Shown here piece after piece: positions 1 to 9,510 of a stretch of DNA of 64,000 bases. The position numbers and the translations under genes are program-made. Under the pieces are notes generated by a model. That model searched no databases. It worked only from the letters and a program-made list of their open reading frames with translations, and was not told the DNA's origin. Position 1 is the stretch's first letter. Every line of letters starts with the position of its first letter. The DNA comes from Truepera sp. (GTDB lineage Bacteria > Deinococcota > Deinococci > Deinococcales > Trueperaceae), in the NCBI GenBank assembly GCA_965218435.1, contig CBDCKW010000009.1, forward strand, positions 608,001-672,000. The letters run 5' to 3'.

Positions 1-2408
1 CGGCGATTGACGATTCTTCATGCGTGTCGTGCGGGCACTGCGTCACGGTCTGCCCGTGTAACGCGCTGATGGAAAAAAATATGGTCGGCGAAGCAGGCTA
101 CTTTACGGCGTGGCCCGAGTCGGTGCGCGAACCCGCCACCAAACTCGTCAAGGCGGTCGAGCCTTACACCGGCTACGCCCCGATTATGGCCTTGTCCGAC
201 GCCGAAGCGAAGATGCGTCATGAGGACATCAAAAAAACTAAAACGGTCTGCACCTACTGCGGCGTCGGCTGCTCGTTTGACGTGTGGACGAAAGGCCGTA
301 AAATCCTCAAGATTGCGCCGCAGCTAGACGGCCCCGCCAACAGCATCTCGACGTGTGTCAAGGGCAAGTTCGGTTGGGATTATGTGAGCAGCGACGAGCG
401 CCTCACCACGCCGCTGATCCGCGACGGTAACGGCTTTCGTGAAGCGAGTTGGGATGAAGCTCTGACGCTCGTCGCCAAACGGCTGTGGGAAACGAAGCAG
501 CAACACGGCGACGACAGCACCGCGTTTATCGCGTCGTCAAAATGCACCAACGAAGAGTCGTATTTGGTGCAAAAGATGGCGAGGGCGATTTTCGGCAACA
601 ACAACGTGGACAACGACTCGAGGTATTGCCAAGCTCCGGCGACGACCGGGTTGTGGCGCACCGTGGGTTACGGCGGCGATTCGGGCACCATTAAAGACAT
701 CGAACAAGCCGAGTTGGTCTTTATCGTCGGGTCAAATACCTGCGATTCACACCCGGTTTTGGCGACGCGGATCAAACGCTCGCACAAACTGGGCAGGCAA
801 AAGATTATCGTGGCGGATTTACTCGAGCACGAGATGGCTCGCCGCGCCGACATCTTTATGCGGCCCAACCCCGGCACCGATTTAGTCTGGCTCTCGGCGG
901 TGACCAAATACATTTTGGACAACGGTTTGGAAGACAAAAACTTTTTACGTGATAGGGTCAATCAACTCGACGAATACCGGGAGAGCTTGGCGGACTTTAC
1001 GTTGGAGTACGCCGAAAAGGTCACCGGCCTAAGTCAAGATACGCTCAAAACGGTCGCTGAGGAGATTGCGGCAGCCGGGAGCGTCTGCGGACTCTGGGCG
1101 ATGGGCGTGACGCAGCACTACGGCGGCTCTAACACCTCGACGGCGATTTCCAACCTCTTACTGGTGACCGGTAACTACGGCCGTCCCGGTACCGGCGCGT
1201 ATCCGCTGCGCGGTCACAACAACGTGCAGGGGTGTAGCGACTTCGGTTCGATGAACAGCTATCTACCGGGCTACCAGAAGATTGGGGACGACGAGGCGAG
1301 AGCGCGTTACGAAAAGGCGTGGGGCGCAACCATCCCCGGCGAACCGGGGCTCAACAATTTCAGGATGATTGACGCCATTCACGACGGCCAGCTTCACGCG
1401 CTCTACGTCGTCGGGGAAGAGCTGGCGCTTGTAGACGGCAACGCCGAACACGTGCAAGAGGCGCTCGAAAAAGTGGACTTCTTGGTCGTCCAAGAAATCT
1501 TTATGACCCGCACCGCGCAGTTTGCCGATGTGGTGTTGCCAGGGGTGCCGTCGTTAGAGAAAGACGGGACGTTTGTCAACACCGAACGCCGGATTCAGCG
1601 GCTCTACCAGGCGTTAGACTCTCTCGGCAACTCGAAACCCGACTGGCAGATTCTGACTGAGCTGGCTGGGCACTTGGGTCACCACTGGAACTATGAAAGC
1701 CCGAGCGACGTCATGGATGAGATTGCCAGCCTGACACCGCTTTTTGCCGGGGTCAGCTACCCGCGCTTAGAGGGCTACAATTCGCTTCTATGGCCGGTCG
1801 CCGAGGACGGCACCGACACCCCGCTTTTATACGAGCACGAGTTTCACTTTCCCGACGGCAAAGCGCGGCTCTACCCCTTGGGGTGGCTGCATCCGAGCGA
1901 GTCTCCAGACGAGACGTATGACCTGCACCTCAACAACGGCCGCATCTTAGAGCACTTTCACGAGGGCAATATGACCTATAAAAGCGTCGGCATCACCGCC
2001 AAAGTGCCTGACACCTTTGTCGAGGTCTCCGCTGAGCTGGCTGCAGAACGTGGCTTAGAGAGTGGTGACTGGGTACGGCTGACCTCGAGGCGGGGTAGCA
2101 TCGAACTCCGGGCACTGCTGAGCGACCGGGTAACGAGCCACGAGCTCTACGTCCCGAATAACTCGTCGAAAGCGCCGGTCAACATGCTCACCGCGAGCGT
2201 CGTAGACCCCGACAGCGACACGCCCGTCTATAAAGAAACGGCGGTCAAACTCACCTCCTTGGGTCGCCGAGGTGCCCCGCCGCTCCCCGAAACCAACCCG
2301 TGTTACGGCCACCCGACCCCGCAACCCGGCGTCGAGGTTGAGCGCAAGTGGGAACGGGCCGATTACGTGTCACCGACCCAAAACCGACCCGAAGGGGGGA
2401 ACCTCTAG
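1..2408 (+). CDS. fdhF: Formate dehydrogenase alpha subunit, molybdopterin oxidoreductase (YjgC/FdhF-like), 5' truncated by window edge
   Basis: Frame is open to the left edge (AIDDSSCVSCGHCVTVCP ferredoxin motif); CTYCGVGC 4Fe-4S motif, CVKGKFG, DSRYCQ active-site region, LRGHNNVQG, molydop-binding C-terminus. Confidence 0.9.
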   Translation, partial: AIDDSSCVSCGHCVTVCPCNALMEKNMVGEAGYFTAWPESVREPATKLVKAVEPYTGYAPIMALSDAEAKMRHEDIKKTKTVCTYCGVGCSFDVWTKGRKILKIAPQLDGPANSISTCVKGKFGWDYVSSDERLTTPLIRDGNGFREASWDEALTLVAKRLWETKQQHGDDSTAFIASSKCTNEESYLVQKMARAIFGNNNVDNDSRYCQAPATTGLWRTVGYGGDSGTIKDIEQAELVFIVGSNTCDSHPVLATRIKRSHKLGRQKIIVADLLEHEMARRADIFMRPNPGTDLVWLSAVTKYILDNGLEDKNFLRDRVNQLDEYRESLADFTLEYAEKVTGLSQDTLKTVAEEIAAAGSVCGLWAMGVTQHYGGSNTSTAISNLLLVTGNYGRPGTGAYPLRGHNNVQGCSDFGSMNSYLPGYQKIGDDEARARYEKAWGATIPGEPGLNNFRMIDAIHDGQLHALYVVGEELALVDGNAEHVQEALEKVDFLVVQEIFMTRTAQFADVVLPGVPSLEKDGTFVNTERRIQRLYQALDSLGNSKPDWQILTELAGHLGHHWNYESPSDVMDEIASLTPLFAGVSYPRLEGYNSLLWPVAEDGTDTPLLYEHEFHFPDGKARLYPLGWLHPSESPDETYDLHLNNGRILEHFHEGNMTYKSVGITAKVPDTFVEVSAELAAERGLESGDWVRLTSRRGSIELRALLSDRVTSHELYVPNNSSKAPVNMLTASVVDPDSDTPVYKETAVKLTSLGRRGAPPLPETNPCYGHPTPQPGVEVERKWERADYVSPTQNRPEGGNL

Positions 2409-2836
2409 TGGCCAAGCCGCTGACCTATACCCCCATGCCGGTTCCTCAAGACACCGCCCAAGATGACCTGGAACGTCTCCTCCAAACCCTGCACGAACGC
2501 GGTGCGCTCCGCCTCCTAAACGGTCTCGTGGGCCAATATGACGGCGTACTCAGCGTGGCTTTGGGACAGCTCGAGTCCCAAAAAGGTGAAAACGCGCTCG
2601 GTACCCTGACCGTCCTGCTTAAAGCTCTGACGGAAACCGATGCGGACACGGCGCAGGCGTTTCTGACCGGAACGCAAAAGGGCTTGGCAGCGGCGCAAAC
2701 GAGTTTACAGCGTGACCCACCCTCGAGGCTCGCTCTGCTCGGCAAACTTAACGACCGTGAGGTCAGACGCGGGCTCTACGCCGTGCTCAGTTTGCTGGGA
2801 GGACTGGGAAAGCACCTGCACGATAACCGAGTCTAG
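2408..2836 (+). CDS. DUF1641 family protein (YjgD-like partner of FDH)
   Basis: GTG overlapping FDH stop with GGGGG SD; C-terminal LLGKLNDREVRRGL motif; usual gene pair. Confidence 0.75.
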   Translation: MAKPLTYTPMPVPQDTAQDDLERLLQTLHERGALRLLNGLVGQYDGVLSVALGQLESQKGENALGTLTVLLKALTETDADTAQAFLTGTQKGLAAAQTSLQRDPPSRLALLGKLNDREVRRGLYAVLSLLGGLGKHLHDNRV

Positions 2837-2863
2837 CGAGGCTCGGGGCCAATATTTACGTGC

Positions 2864-3811
2864 TCAGCTATAGGCGTGCTGAGCAGCTTGTTGGGACTGT
2901 CTGAGTGTAACCAAGGCGGCTAGTCCGGTAACCAGTGCAAGTCCGGCAAACAGTCCCAGCGTCAATGCGTCGGGCCGTAAAAGCGGTTGCGCCCGGAGCG
3001 CCTGTTGCAACAAAATCAAGATCATCCCAAGGTAAAAGCTGCCCCCGACCCACACCAGCGCCACCCGCGTCCGTATGGGGAGGCGTTTGCGGCGAGAAAG
3101 CCACCAGCCCAAAAACGGCACCACTTGCAGCGCGTGCAGCCCGGTAAAGTGCGGAATTCGCAGATCGCCGCCCTGCGTGCTCCAACCTGTTATCGGCAAA
3201 CCGGGGCTGCCGTCAGGCAAACCAACCGTGTGCGCCCCGACGATGCTGACCGCGCCGCCCGTCTGCCAACCCGCTAGCTGCTGCGCGGTGGGAACTGTCA
3301 TCAGATAACCGAGACCCATCCCGACGATGCTCAGCGTGAGGCCGAGCCGCAAACTCCAAGCAAACGCCGGGTTCTCGAAGGGTTGAAACAGTAGCAAACC
3401 TGCAACGATGAAGTTTGTGCCCCATAAAACGGCAATTGCAACGGCCATCATCCCCCAGAGCGCAGCGTCAAAGGGTGTCGCAACGTTAAAGTGACTCGTG
3501 GTGCCGCGTACGACCTGCGTAATGATAGCGAACCACTCGAGCCCGAGTACCGTCAGCACGACCCAACCCAAGATATTTACCCACCGCCGCTTGCCCCGAA
3601 CAAACCCTAAAATCCACACCAGCGTGAGGCTGTAGAGCGAAATCGAAACGCCGAACTTGGTCGGTTTAAGCCACGCCGGAGCGCCGGTAATGACGCGTGG
3701 GTCGGCAAAAATTCCGATGATGAAAAATACGGTGACGAGCGCCGTGACGAGAGCTGAAACGGTAAGGGGTGCGTGCGTTCGCCAGAGTTTATGAAGGGTA
3801 CGGCTGAACAT
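2864..3811 (-). CDS. Conserved multi-pass membrane protein of unknown function
   Basis: 315 aa ORF with about 8 hydrophobic segments; WLKPTKF, SHFN, GDLRIPHFTGLHALQ motifs; GGAG SD. Confidence 0.7.
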   Translation of the reverse strand: MFSRTLHKLWRTHAPLTVSALVTALVTVFFIIGIFADPRVITGAPAWLKPTKFGVSISLYSLTLVWILGFVRGKRRWVNILGWVVLTVLGLEWFAIITQVVRGTTSHFNVATPFDAALWGMMAVAIAVLWGTNFIVAGLLLFQPFENPAFAWSLRLGLTLSIVGMGLGYLMTVPTAQQLAGWQTGGAVSIVGAHTVGLPDGSPGLPITGWSTQGGDLRIPHFTGLHALQVVPFLGWWLSRRKRLPIRTRVALVWVGGSFYLGMILILLQQALRAQPLLRPDALTLGLFAGLALVTGLAALVTLRQSQQAAQHAYS

Positions 3812-3847
3812 GGGGAGTCTCCAATCTTTGAGAGAGCGGTTATCTTT

Positions 3848-3864
3848 TACTTAACGCCGTTATT
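3848..3864. promoter_or_regulatory. Putative TetR operator copy 1 (TAACGCCGTTA palindrome)
   Basis: TACTTAACGCCGTTATT, 15/17 identical to 4550-4566, upstream of the membrane protein gene. Confidence 0.6.
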
Positions 3865-3888
3865 CTTTACGCCAAAAAAATCGCTATC

Positions 3889-4536
3889 TTAAGCCTCCTT
3901 TGCAAACCCCTGCCGGAGCGTCCCTAGCAGATTGTCAGTTCGTTTTTCCAGCTCGCTTTTATCCATCACCGGAACGCAGAGCGTCAGCGCGACGAGGCCG
4001 TGAACGGCGGCCCAGAGTGTGTATACGAGATTCATCGGTTCTTTTGTATTGAGCACACCCGCTGCGTGCGCTTCGTGAACCGCCTGAACAAGGACGTTAA
4101 ACGAGTTGATTGTGGGCTCACAGTCGTTTGGATTCTCTTTTGAGAGAAACTCGCCGCGTTCCATAAACATCATGCGGTAGTGCGCGGGATGCGCCATGCC
4201 GAACGCGACGTAAGCGCGGCCGATGGCGCTGATTCGGGCAAGGGGGTCGCCTACCGAATCGTAAGCCTGTTTTAGGGCCTGCCCAAACCTCTCAAAACCC
4301 TCGAGCGACACCGAAAAGAGGAGGTCGTCTTTGTTGTCGAAGTACAGGTAAACCGTCGTGGCCGAGTAACCCACCCGTTCGGCCACCTCACGCAGGGAGA
4401 AGCCCCCCAACCCACCCTCTAAAAACAGTTCACTCGCCGCTGTCAAAATCGCTTGCCGCACTTCAGCTTTTTGCTGCTGACGGCGGGCGCTGCTCTTTTC
4501 GCGTAGGCGGGTGGCTCGAGTCTTTACATCTGTCAT
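3889..4536 (-). CDS. TetR/AcrR family transcriptional regulator (WHG-type C-terminus)
   Basis: HTH FSLREVAERVGYSATTVYLYF; WAAVHGLV; start 4536 preferred because the ATG at 4545 abuts the -10 box. Confidence 0.9.
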   Translation of the reverse strand: MTDVKTRATRLREKSSARRQQQKAEVRQAILTAASELFLEGGLGGFSLREVAERVGYSATTVYLYFDNKDDLLFSVSLEGFERFGQALKQAYDSVGDPLARISAIGRAYVAFGMAHPAHYRMMFMERGEFLSKENPNDCEPTINSFNVLVQAVHEAHAAGVLNTKEPMNLVYTLWAAVHGLVALTLCVPVMDKSELEKRTDNLLGTLRQGFAKEA

Positions 4537-4545
4537 AACACCCAT

Positions 4546-4574
4546 ACTCTACTTAACACTGTTATTTTTGTCAA
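4546..4574 (-). promoter_or_regulatory. Sigma70-type promoter of TetR gene with operator copy 2 in its spacer
   Basis: Minus strand TTGACA-17 nt-TAGAGT; spacer contains palindrome TAACAGTGTTA. Confidence 0.75.
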
Positions 4575-4611
4575 GCATAACCTACGTGAATACGTGAGCG
4601 TGATAGCTTGA

Positions 4612-4923
4612 ATGATGACGAAGGAAGCTAAAAAACATGTCACCGACGAACAAATTACCGTACAAGTTTGTCGTGCCAAGAGCTGCACGAAAAGGGGCGC
4701 GGGTGAACTTGCTAGGGGGCTCGAGGAGACCTTCGCCCGTAAAGGGATAAACGCGCAGGTTTTACGGCACGAGTGCTTTGACCTCTGCAAACAAGCGTGT
4801 AATGTCCTGGTTGAGATGCCGGACACCGAACCGCGTATCTACACACAGCTGCACCCGCGCTACGCGGAACGGTTTGCCGAAAGTTTCGTTGAAGAGATTC
4901 AGGAGAACATGAGAGTTAAGTAA
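4612..4923 (+). CDS. Thioredoxin-like (2Fe-2S) ferredoxin domain protein
   Basis: CRAKSC...CFDLC cysteine pattern in 103 aa. Confidence 0.75.
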   Translation: MMTKEAKKHVTDEQITVQVCRAKSCTKRGAGELARGLEETFARKGINAQVLRHECFDLCKQACNVLVEMPDTEPRIYTQLHPRYAERFAESFVEEIQENMRVK

Positions 4924-4961
4924 AATATTAGTCCTGCTACAGAATATCGTAAACTGACAAA

Positions 4962-6671
4962 GTGAATGTTCCAAAACAGAAATCTTACGATGTAGACAAC
5001 CAAACTATTGCTGATGCATTGGGCTTAGACTCCGCCATCTACACAATCCCTCAGTTTCAACGAAAATATGCTTGGACAAAGAAAGAAGTAGATGATTTAC
5101 TGTTTGACCTTTTCGACGAAATAGATTGGTCAAATGAAGACTTGAGCGTCTTGCCGTCCCACTTTCTTGGTTCTATTGTGATAGCCACTGTAGATGAAGT
5201 TGATATGGTGCTTGACGGTCAACAGCGTTTGGCTTCAATATCTTTACTTTTATCCGTAATTAGAAAGAAACTGACCGAAGAAAATTCCGAGAAAGCCGGT
5301 ATTGTTGATCAATATCTGAGGAAAGTTTCGAGAAAAATAAGAGGAGAAGATCGAATTAGGCTCGAGTTACAGCCTGAGGACGCGACAATCTATAGAACTC
5401 TCGTGCGTGACCCAGCAAAATATAAAGCTAAAGAGCTGAGCAGTAGTCTTATAGCAAAAGCTGCTCAAGCCATTTTAGAAAAAGTAGAGGACTATTTGGC
5501 TAAGGCTGCGGAAGCCGGTGCCACTACAGAAGCTGCATTATTGTCTATGCTCGACAGAATACTTAGTCATACAACATTGGTAAAGATCGTTGCGCCGTCT
5601 GAAGCAGACGCATTTCGTCTGTTCGAAACGCTAAACGATAGAGGTTTAGCACTCAACGCTGCTGACTTAGTGAAAAACAAAATCCTTGCAAGGTGTAGGG
5701 AAAAGAAATATATAGATGAAGCAGTAGAAGTCTGGAGCCAAATTGTTGAAGCCGTAGGAGAAGACGAGATAGTAAACTTTTTGCGTTATTACTGGATTGC
5801 ATTTTACGGAAACGTTCGGCAAAGAGAACTTTATAAAGCTTTTGAGGAACTTCTCAACAGAATGAATCCTATTTCAGCCTTAGCACTCGCACGTGATCTA
5901 AGATCATCGGCACAAACATATAAGCAAATTGTGAAACCAGATCGGGAAAAAAAGATATGGAAAACGGGTACAAACGAGATTCTGGAAAGACTTTCAATTT
6001 ACAAAGCTCGTAGCTGCAGACCTGCTCTACTATCTTGCGCCAAGCATAGGCCCGAAGATATGTTGAAAATTGCAAAAGCTTGCGAACTCATCACCGTTCG
6101 GTATTCAGTCGTCAGTAATCTTGGATCAAATGATTTAGAGAGAAGCTATGCACAACTTGCAAGGGCATTGAAAAACAAGCAAAGAAGTGTCTCCGAAATG
6201 CTAAAGACATACTTAGATGCTCGTTCTCTTTCAAGAGGAGAGTTCGAACGTAATTTTTCAGAAGTCAGCGTCACTTCTGTGTCTGAAGTTTGGCGACAAA
6301 TTCTGATTCAGCTCAATGATCAATTATCTACTGGGGAAACTACGATAGGCAACGCTCAAAGAGTACATGTAGAGCATATATTTCCGCGTAATCCTAGTTC
6401 GGAAGCATTGCGTGAGTCTCAAGTGTCAAGTAAAGAGGATGGAGTAAGACTATCTTGTATGATCGGGAACTTGACGCTTTTATCAGGAGAACTAAACCGT
6501 AGAGCATCTAACCACGCTTTCTCCGCAAAAAAGCTGGCTTTTCTGAGTTCGGAGATCACTTTGAATAAAGGCATATCAGATAAAACTCAATGGGGTGAAA
6601 GCGAGATAATTGAGAGAAGTATATTTCTTTCTCACCTAGCTGCCGAAGTGTGGCCTTGGCCTATAGATTAA
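4962..6671 (+). CDS. GmrSD-like type IV restriction endonuclease (DUF262 + DUF1524 HNH)
   Basis: IPQFQRKYAW, LDGQQRL, FETLNDRG (DUF262); VEHIFP, IGNLTLLSGELN (DUF1524); markedly AT-rich. Confidence 0.85.
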   Translation: MNVPKQKSYDVDNQTIADALGLDSAIYTIPQFQRKYAWTKKEVDDLLFDLFDEIDWSNEDLSVLPSHFLGSIVIATVDEVDMVLDGQQRLASISLLLSVIRKKLTEENSEKAGIVDQYLRKVSRKIRGEDRIRLELQPEDATIYRTLVRDPAKYKAKELSSSLIAKAAQAILEKVEDYLAKAAEAGATTEAALLSMLDRILSHTTLVKIVAPSEADAFRLFETLNDRGLALNAADLVKNKILARCREKKYIDEAVEVWSQIVEAVGEDEIVNFLRYYWIAFYGNVRQRELYKAFEELLNRMNPISALALARDLRSSAQTYKQIVKPDREKKIWKTGTNEILERLSIYKARSCRPALLSCAKHRPEDMLKIAKACELITVRYSVVSNLGSNDLERSYAQLARALKNKQRSVSEMLKTYLDARSLSRGEFERNFSEVSVTSVSEVWRQILIQLNDQLSTGETTIGNAQRVHVEHIFPRNPSSEALRESQVSSKEDGVRLSCMIGNLTLLSGELNRRASNHAFSAKKLAFLSSEITLNKGISDKTQWGESEIIERSIFLSHLAAEVWPWPID

Positions 6672-6674
6672 CAG

Positions 6675-8075
6675 CTAGTGCTGACGCCCCGCCTCTTTAA
6701 TCGCGTGGGTGGAAAACCCGAATTGCGGCAAGTGCGCCTCACCAATACCGGTCAAAATCGCCCCGGCGAGTTCAGCTAAATTTGTGCCGCCCACTTCGAC
6801 CTGCATCCCTAAGCCGTCCCGTAAATCGTCTAAGGTGCGCTCATCTAACATCGTTTCGGTGCCGTATTTGAGGACGTTAGGGGAGACGAGCAGCAAATCG
6901 GCCTCACCCGGCGCAATCTGCGTTAAAAAGTCCCGTCCGGCCAACAGTCCGGCGACGGTCGTGACTTCACCAAACGTGCGGTTTTTAAGCGGGCGAACCT
7001 CGAGCGTCAAGCCTTCAATCTCCCGCAAAGGGGCGACAGCGCGCTCCAACACCGGCGCGAACAGCTTGCCGGTGCCTAAAATGACCTTACGCGGCGTGTC
7101 TAACCGCGTCGGCAAGGGCGGCAGCGGGTCGCTCAAAAAGTCCTGAATCATGCCGACGCCGTTTTCTAACATCGGGAAACCTTCATATGCTTCGTCACCC
7201 GGCAGCGGTTCGTCGGCTAACAGATAAAACTCGTCGGAAGGGAAAATAAAGCGGGTGCCGCGTTCGGCGAGCATCCGTTTTTGAAAGGCGTGAACGCGCC
7301 GTAAAACGTCTCGAGCTTCGTCGGGGCGGTAGGGGCGCAGCTCGGGCAGGTTGCGGCGATGGTCGGTCAGGCCGACGGGCACGCACGCCACCGCCTGAAT
7401 GTTGTCGTAACCGGCCAGGTGCTCCAAGGTTTCCTCGAGATGCACCCCGTCGTTGCGCCCCGGCAACAAGACCATCTGCGTGTACAGCTCAATCGGGGCG
7501 AGGCGCTCCAACATGCCGCGAATCTTCGTCGCTTCAGGGTCTTTAACTTTCAGACGCCACCACTTCATCATGTCGCGGCGCAGGTCTTCGTTGGCGGTAT
7601 GCACCGAGACGTATAAAGGGCTCAGGTTTTCGTCCAAAATCCGCTTGATGTCGCCTTCCGAGAGGTTGGTCAAGGTGACGAACGAGCCGTACAAAAAGCT
7701 GGTGCGAAAGTCGTCGTCCATCACATACAAGCTTTTGCGAAAGCCTTTGGGCATCTGGTGGACGTAACAAAACTCGCACTTGTTGGCGCAGAGTTTGAGG
7801 CCGTCGAAGATGACTTCCGAGAACTCGAGCCCCGGGTCTTCCCATGACGCACTAAAGCTCAGCTCTTCGCCAGTTAAAGGATCGCGTACTTGCAACTCCA
7901 CGTCACCGTGCTCTAGTTCGCGCCGATACGCCAGAACGTCGGTAACCGCTCGGCCGTTGACCCGTAATAACTCCCAGCCTGCCCGGACGCCCGCGTGCGC
8001 CGCCGGTGAACCGGGTTGCACCTGCGAGATAGCGGCGGGATAGAGTGTGTCGGGAAGAGGAGCGGCGAGCGGCAT
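6675..8075 (-). CDS. PDZ + radical-SAM-like DUF512 Fe-S protein
   Basis: N-terminal PDZ (PGSPAAHAGVRAG), CANKCEFCYVHQMP CxxxCxxC motif, LENGVGM; ATG 8075 preceded by TACACT. Confidence 0.85.
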   Translation of the reverse strand: MPLAAPLPDTLYPAAISQVQPGSPAAHAGVRAGWELLRVNGRAVTDVLAYRRELEHGDVELQVRDPLTGEELSFSASWEDPGLEFSEVIFDGLKLCANKCEFCYVHQMPKGFRKSLYVMDDDFRTSFLYGSFVTLTNLSEGDIKRILDENLSPLYVSVHTANEDLRRDMMKWWRLKVKDPEATKIRGMLERLAPIELYTQMVLLPGRNDGVHLEETLEHLAGYDNIQAVACVPVGLTDHRRNLPELRPYRPDEARDVLRRVHAFQKRMLAERGTRFIFPSDEFYLLADEPLPGDEAYEGFPMLENGVGMIQDFLSDPLPPLPTRLDTPRKVILGTGKLFAPVLERAVAPLREIEGLTLEVRPLKNRTFGEVTTVAGLLAGRDFLTQIAPGEADLLLVSPNVLKYGTETMLDERTLDDLRDGLGMQVEVGGTNLAELAGAILTGIGEAHLPQFGFSTHAIKEAGRQH

Positions 8076-8207
8076 AACAAAGCAGTGTAGCAGATGAGGC
8101 TTTCGCAGCTTCACTTGCATTTGACATAGACGAATACACCCACATGTTGCGCTTTCGTTGTATATAAACGCACCATGTTGTATACTTAAAAATTAAGGAG
8201 GTAAGAA

Positions 8208-8423
8208 ATGGGCAGAAAACGAGTTTCTGTAATGAGTGAAAGCGAATCTGGTAGAAATCAGAAGTTCCTCGATAACTACACGGGTAAAAGTATGACCCGA
8301 GCAGGATTCGTCCGTGAGATAGAACAAGGTGGATACAAAAATTACCATGTACGTGAAGTTAATGGGGTGAAAACTCCGGTTTCAAATCCCGACGGAACAG
8401 AAAGAAATAATTTGGACGATTAA
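8208..8423 (+). CDS. Small DUF3892-like protein
   Basis: 71 aa, strong AGGAGG SD, AT-rich, ends SNPDGTERNNLD. Confidence 0.65.
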   Translation: MGRKRVSVMSESESGRNQKFLDNYTGKSMTRAGFVREIEQGGYKNYHVREVNGVKTPVSNPDGTERNNLDD

Positions 8424-8447
8424 ATATTCTGTTAGCATCATCTCGAT

Positions 8448-8476
8448 AGCTGAGCCTTGTTAAAAGTGGCTCAGCT
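8448..8476 (+). terminator. Hairpin after DUF3892-like gene
   Basis: AGCTGAGCC-11 nt-GGCTCAGCT followed by TATATGTTT. Confidence 0.45.
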
Positions 8477-8487
8477 TATATGTTTGA

Positions 8488-8511
8488 CAATAGCTGTTAA
8501 AACAGCTATTG
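8488..8511. promoter_or_regulatory. Putative MarR operator, perfect 11-bp inverted repeat
   Basis: CAATAGCTGTT-AA-AACAGCTATTG overlapping a TTGACA -35 box upstream of marR. Confidence 0.65.
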
Positions 8512-8574
8512 CTGCAACAAGTTTATTTGAAGAGGTTTTCTACGCCGTTCGCTACGCAAAGCCAAAAGCCTTTT

Positions 8575-9006
8575 ATGAGCCTCGAGCACGAAGTTTATTT
8601 AAGCCTGCAACGTCTCGCCACCGCCCTCAGCTACGAAGCCGCCGAACTGTTTAAGGCGTACGGCCTAAGTGCCCCGCAATTTAACATCTTGCGGATTTTA
8701 CGCGGCGCGGCCGGGAGGAACCTAGAACACCCCGGCCTTTCGGCGCACGACATCGGGGAACGGCTGCTCGTTCACGCGCCCGACCTGACGCGGCTCCTAG
8801 ACCGGATGGGCACGCAGGGGCTCATTGCCCGTTGCCGTAAAACCACGGACCGGCGGGTCGTCACTGTTCGCCTGACCGACAAAGGACGCCAACTCCTCGC
8901 TGACCTCGACACGCCGCTGCTGGAGCTGCACCAACGTCAGTTTGCCGCCCTTGACCAAGCACAGTTAGAAACGCTGCAAGGGCTGCTCGAGCTAACTCAA
9001 GCGTAG
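8575..9006 (+). CDS. MarR family transcriptional regulator
   Basis: GLSAPQFNILRIL, PDLTRLLDRM, DRRVVTVRLTDKG; ATG at 8575 preferred. Confidence 0.9.
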   Translation: MSLEHEVYLSLQRLATALSYEAAELFKAYGLSAPQFNILRILRGAAGRNLEHPGLSAHDIGERLLVHAPDLTRLLDRMGTQGLIARCRKTTDRRVVTVRLTDKGRQLLADLDTPLLELHQRQFAALDQAQLETLQGLLELTQA

Positions 9007-9025
9007 GGCTGAACTTTTAGGAAAA

Positions 9026-9454
9026 ATGATGTCTGACGTAACCGTTACCTCTATGCCCGCTGCCACTTCGAACAGTGTCTCCCTCGGCCTCGCTAGTGTT
9101 GCGCGTCGTGGTCGGAATTGTGTTCGTTTATCACGGCTACGACAAGTTCTTCGCAACGGGAATCGCCGGGACGACCGGGTTTTTTACGCAGATCGGTGCG
9201 CCGCTGCCAGGCGTTGCCGCTCGTGGCGGTGCTCGAGTTTGCCGGGGGAATTGCGCTAATTAGGACTCTTTACACGGCCTATCGCCGGACTGCTCGCCCT
9301 TGACATCTTGGCCGCACTCTTTCTCGTTCACCTGCCGAACGGCTTTTCGGCGCAAAACGGGGGCTACGAGTTTGTTCTGACGCTCGCACTGGTTTTAACC
9401 GGCCCTGGAGCCTACGCGTTAGACACGCTGCTCGGCCGTGGGCGCTCGAGCTAA
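9026..9454 (+). pseudogene. DoxX family membrane protein with three frameshifts
   Basis: Fragments in three frames join to ...LVLRVVVGIVFVYHGYDKFF...LEFAGGIALI.GLFTRPIA...NGGYEFVL...TGPGAYALD; shifts near 9092, 9219, 9260. Confidence 0.75.
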
Positions 9455-9510
9455 AACCCGTACGGGCAAGGTACAACCTGCAAAAGCAGCGTTGCCTACC
9501 CCTTCACCAT

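Noticed and set aside
1..2408. Selenocysteine formate dehydrogenase
   Set aside because: Active-site codon is TGC; no in-frame TGA
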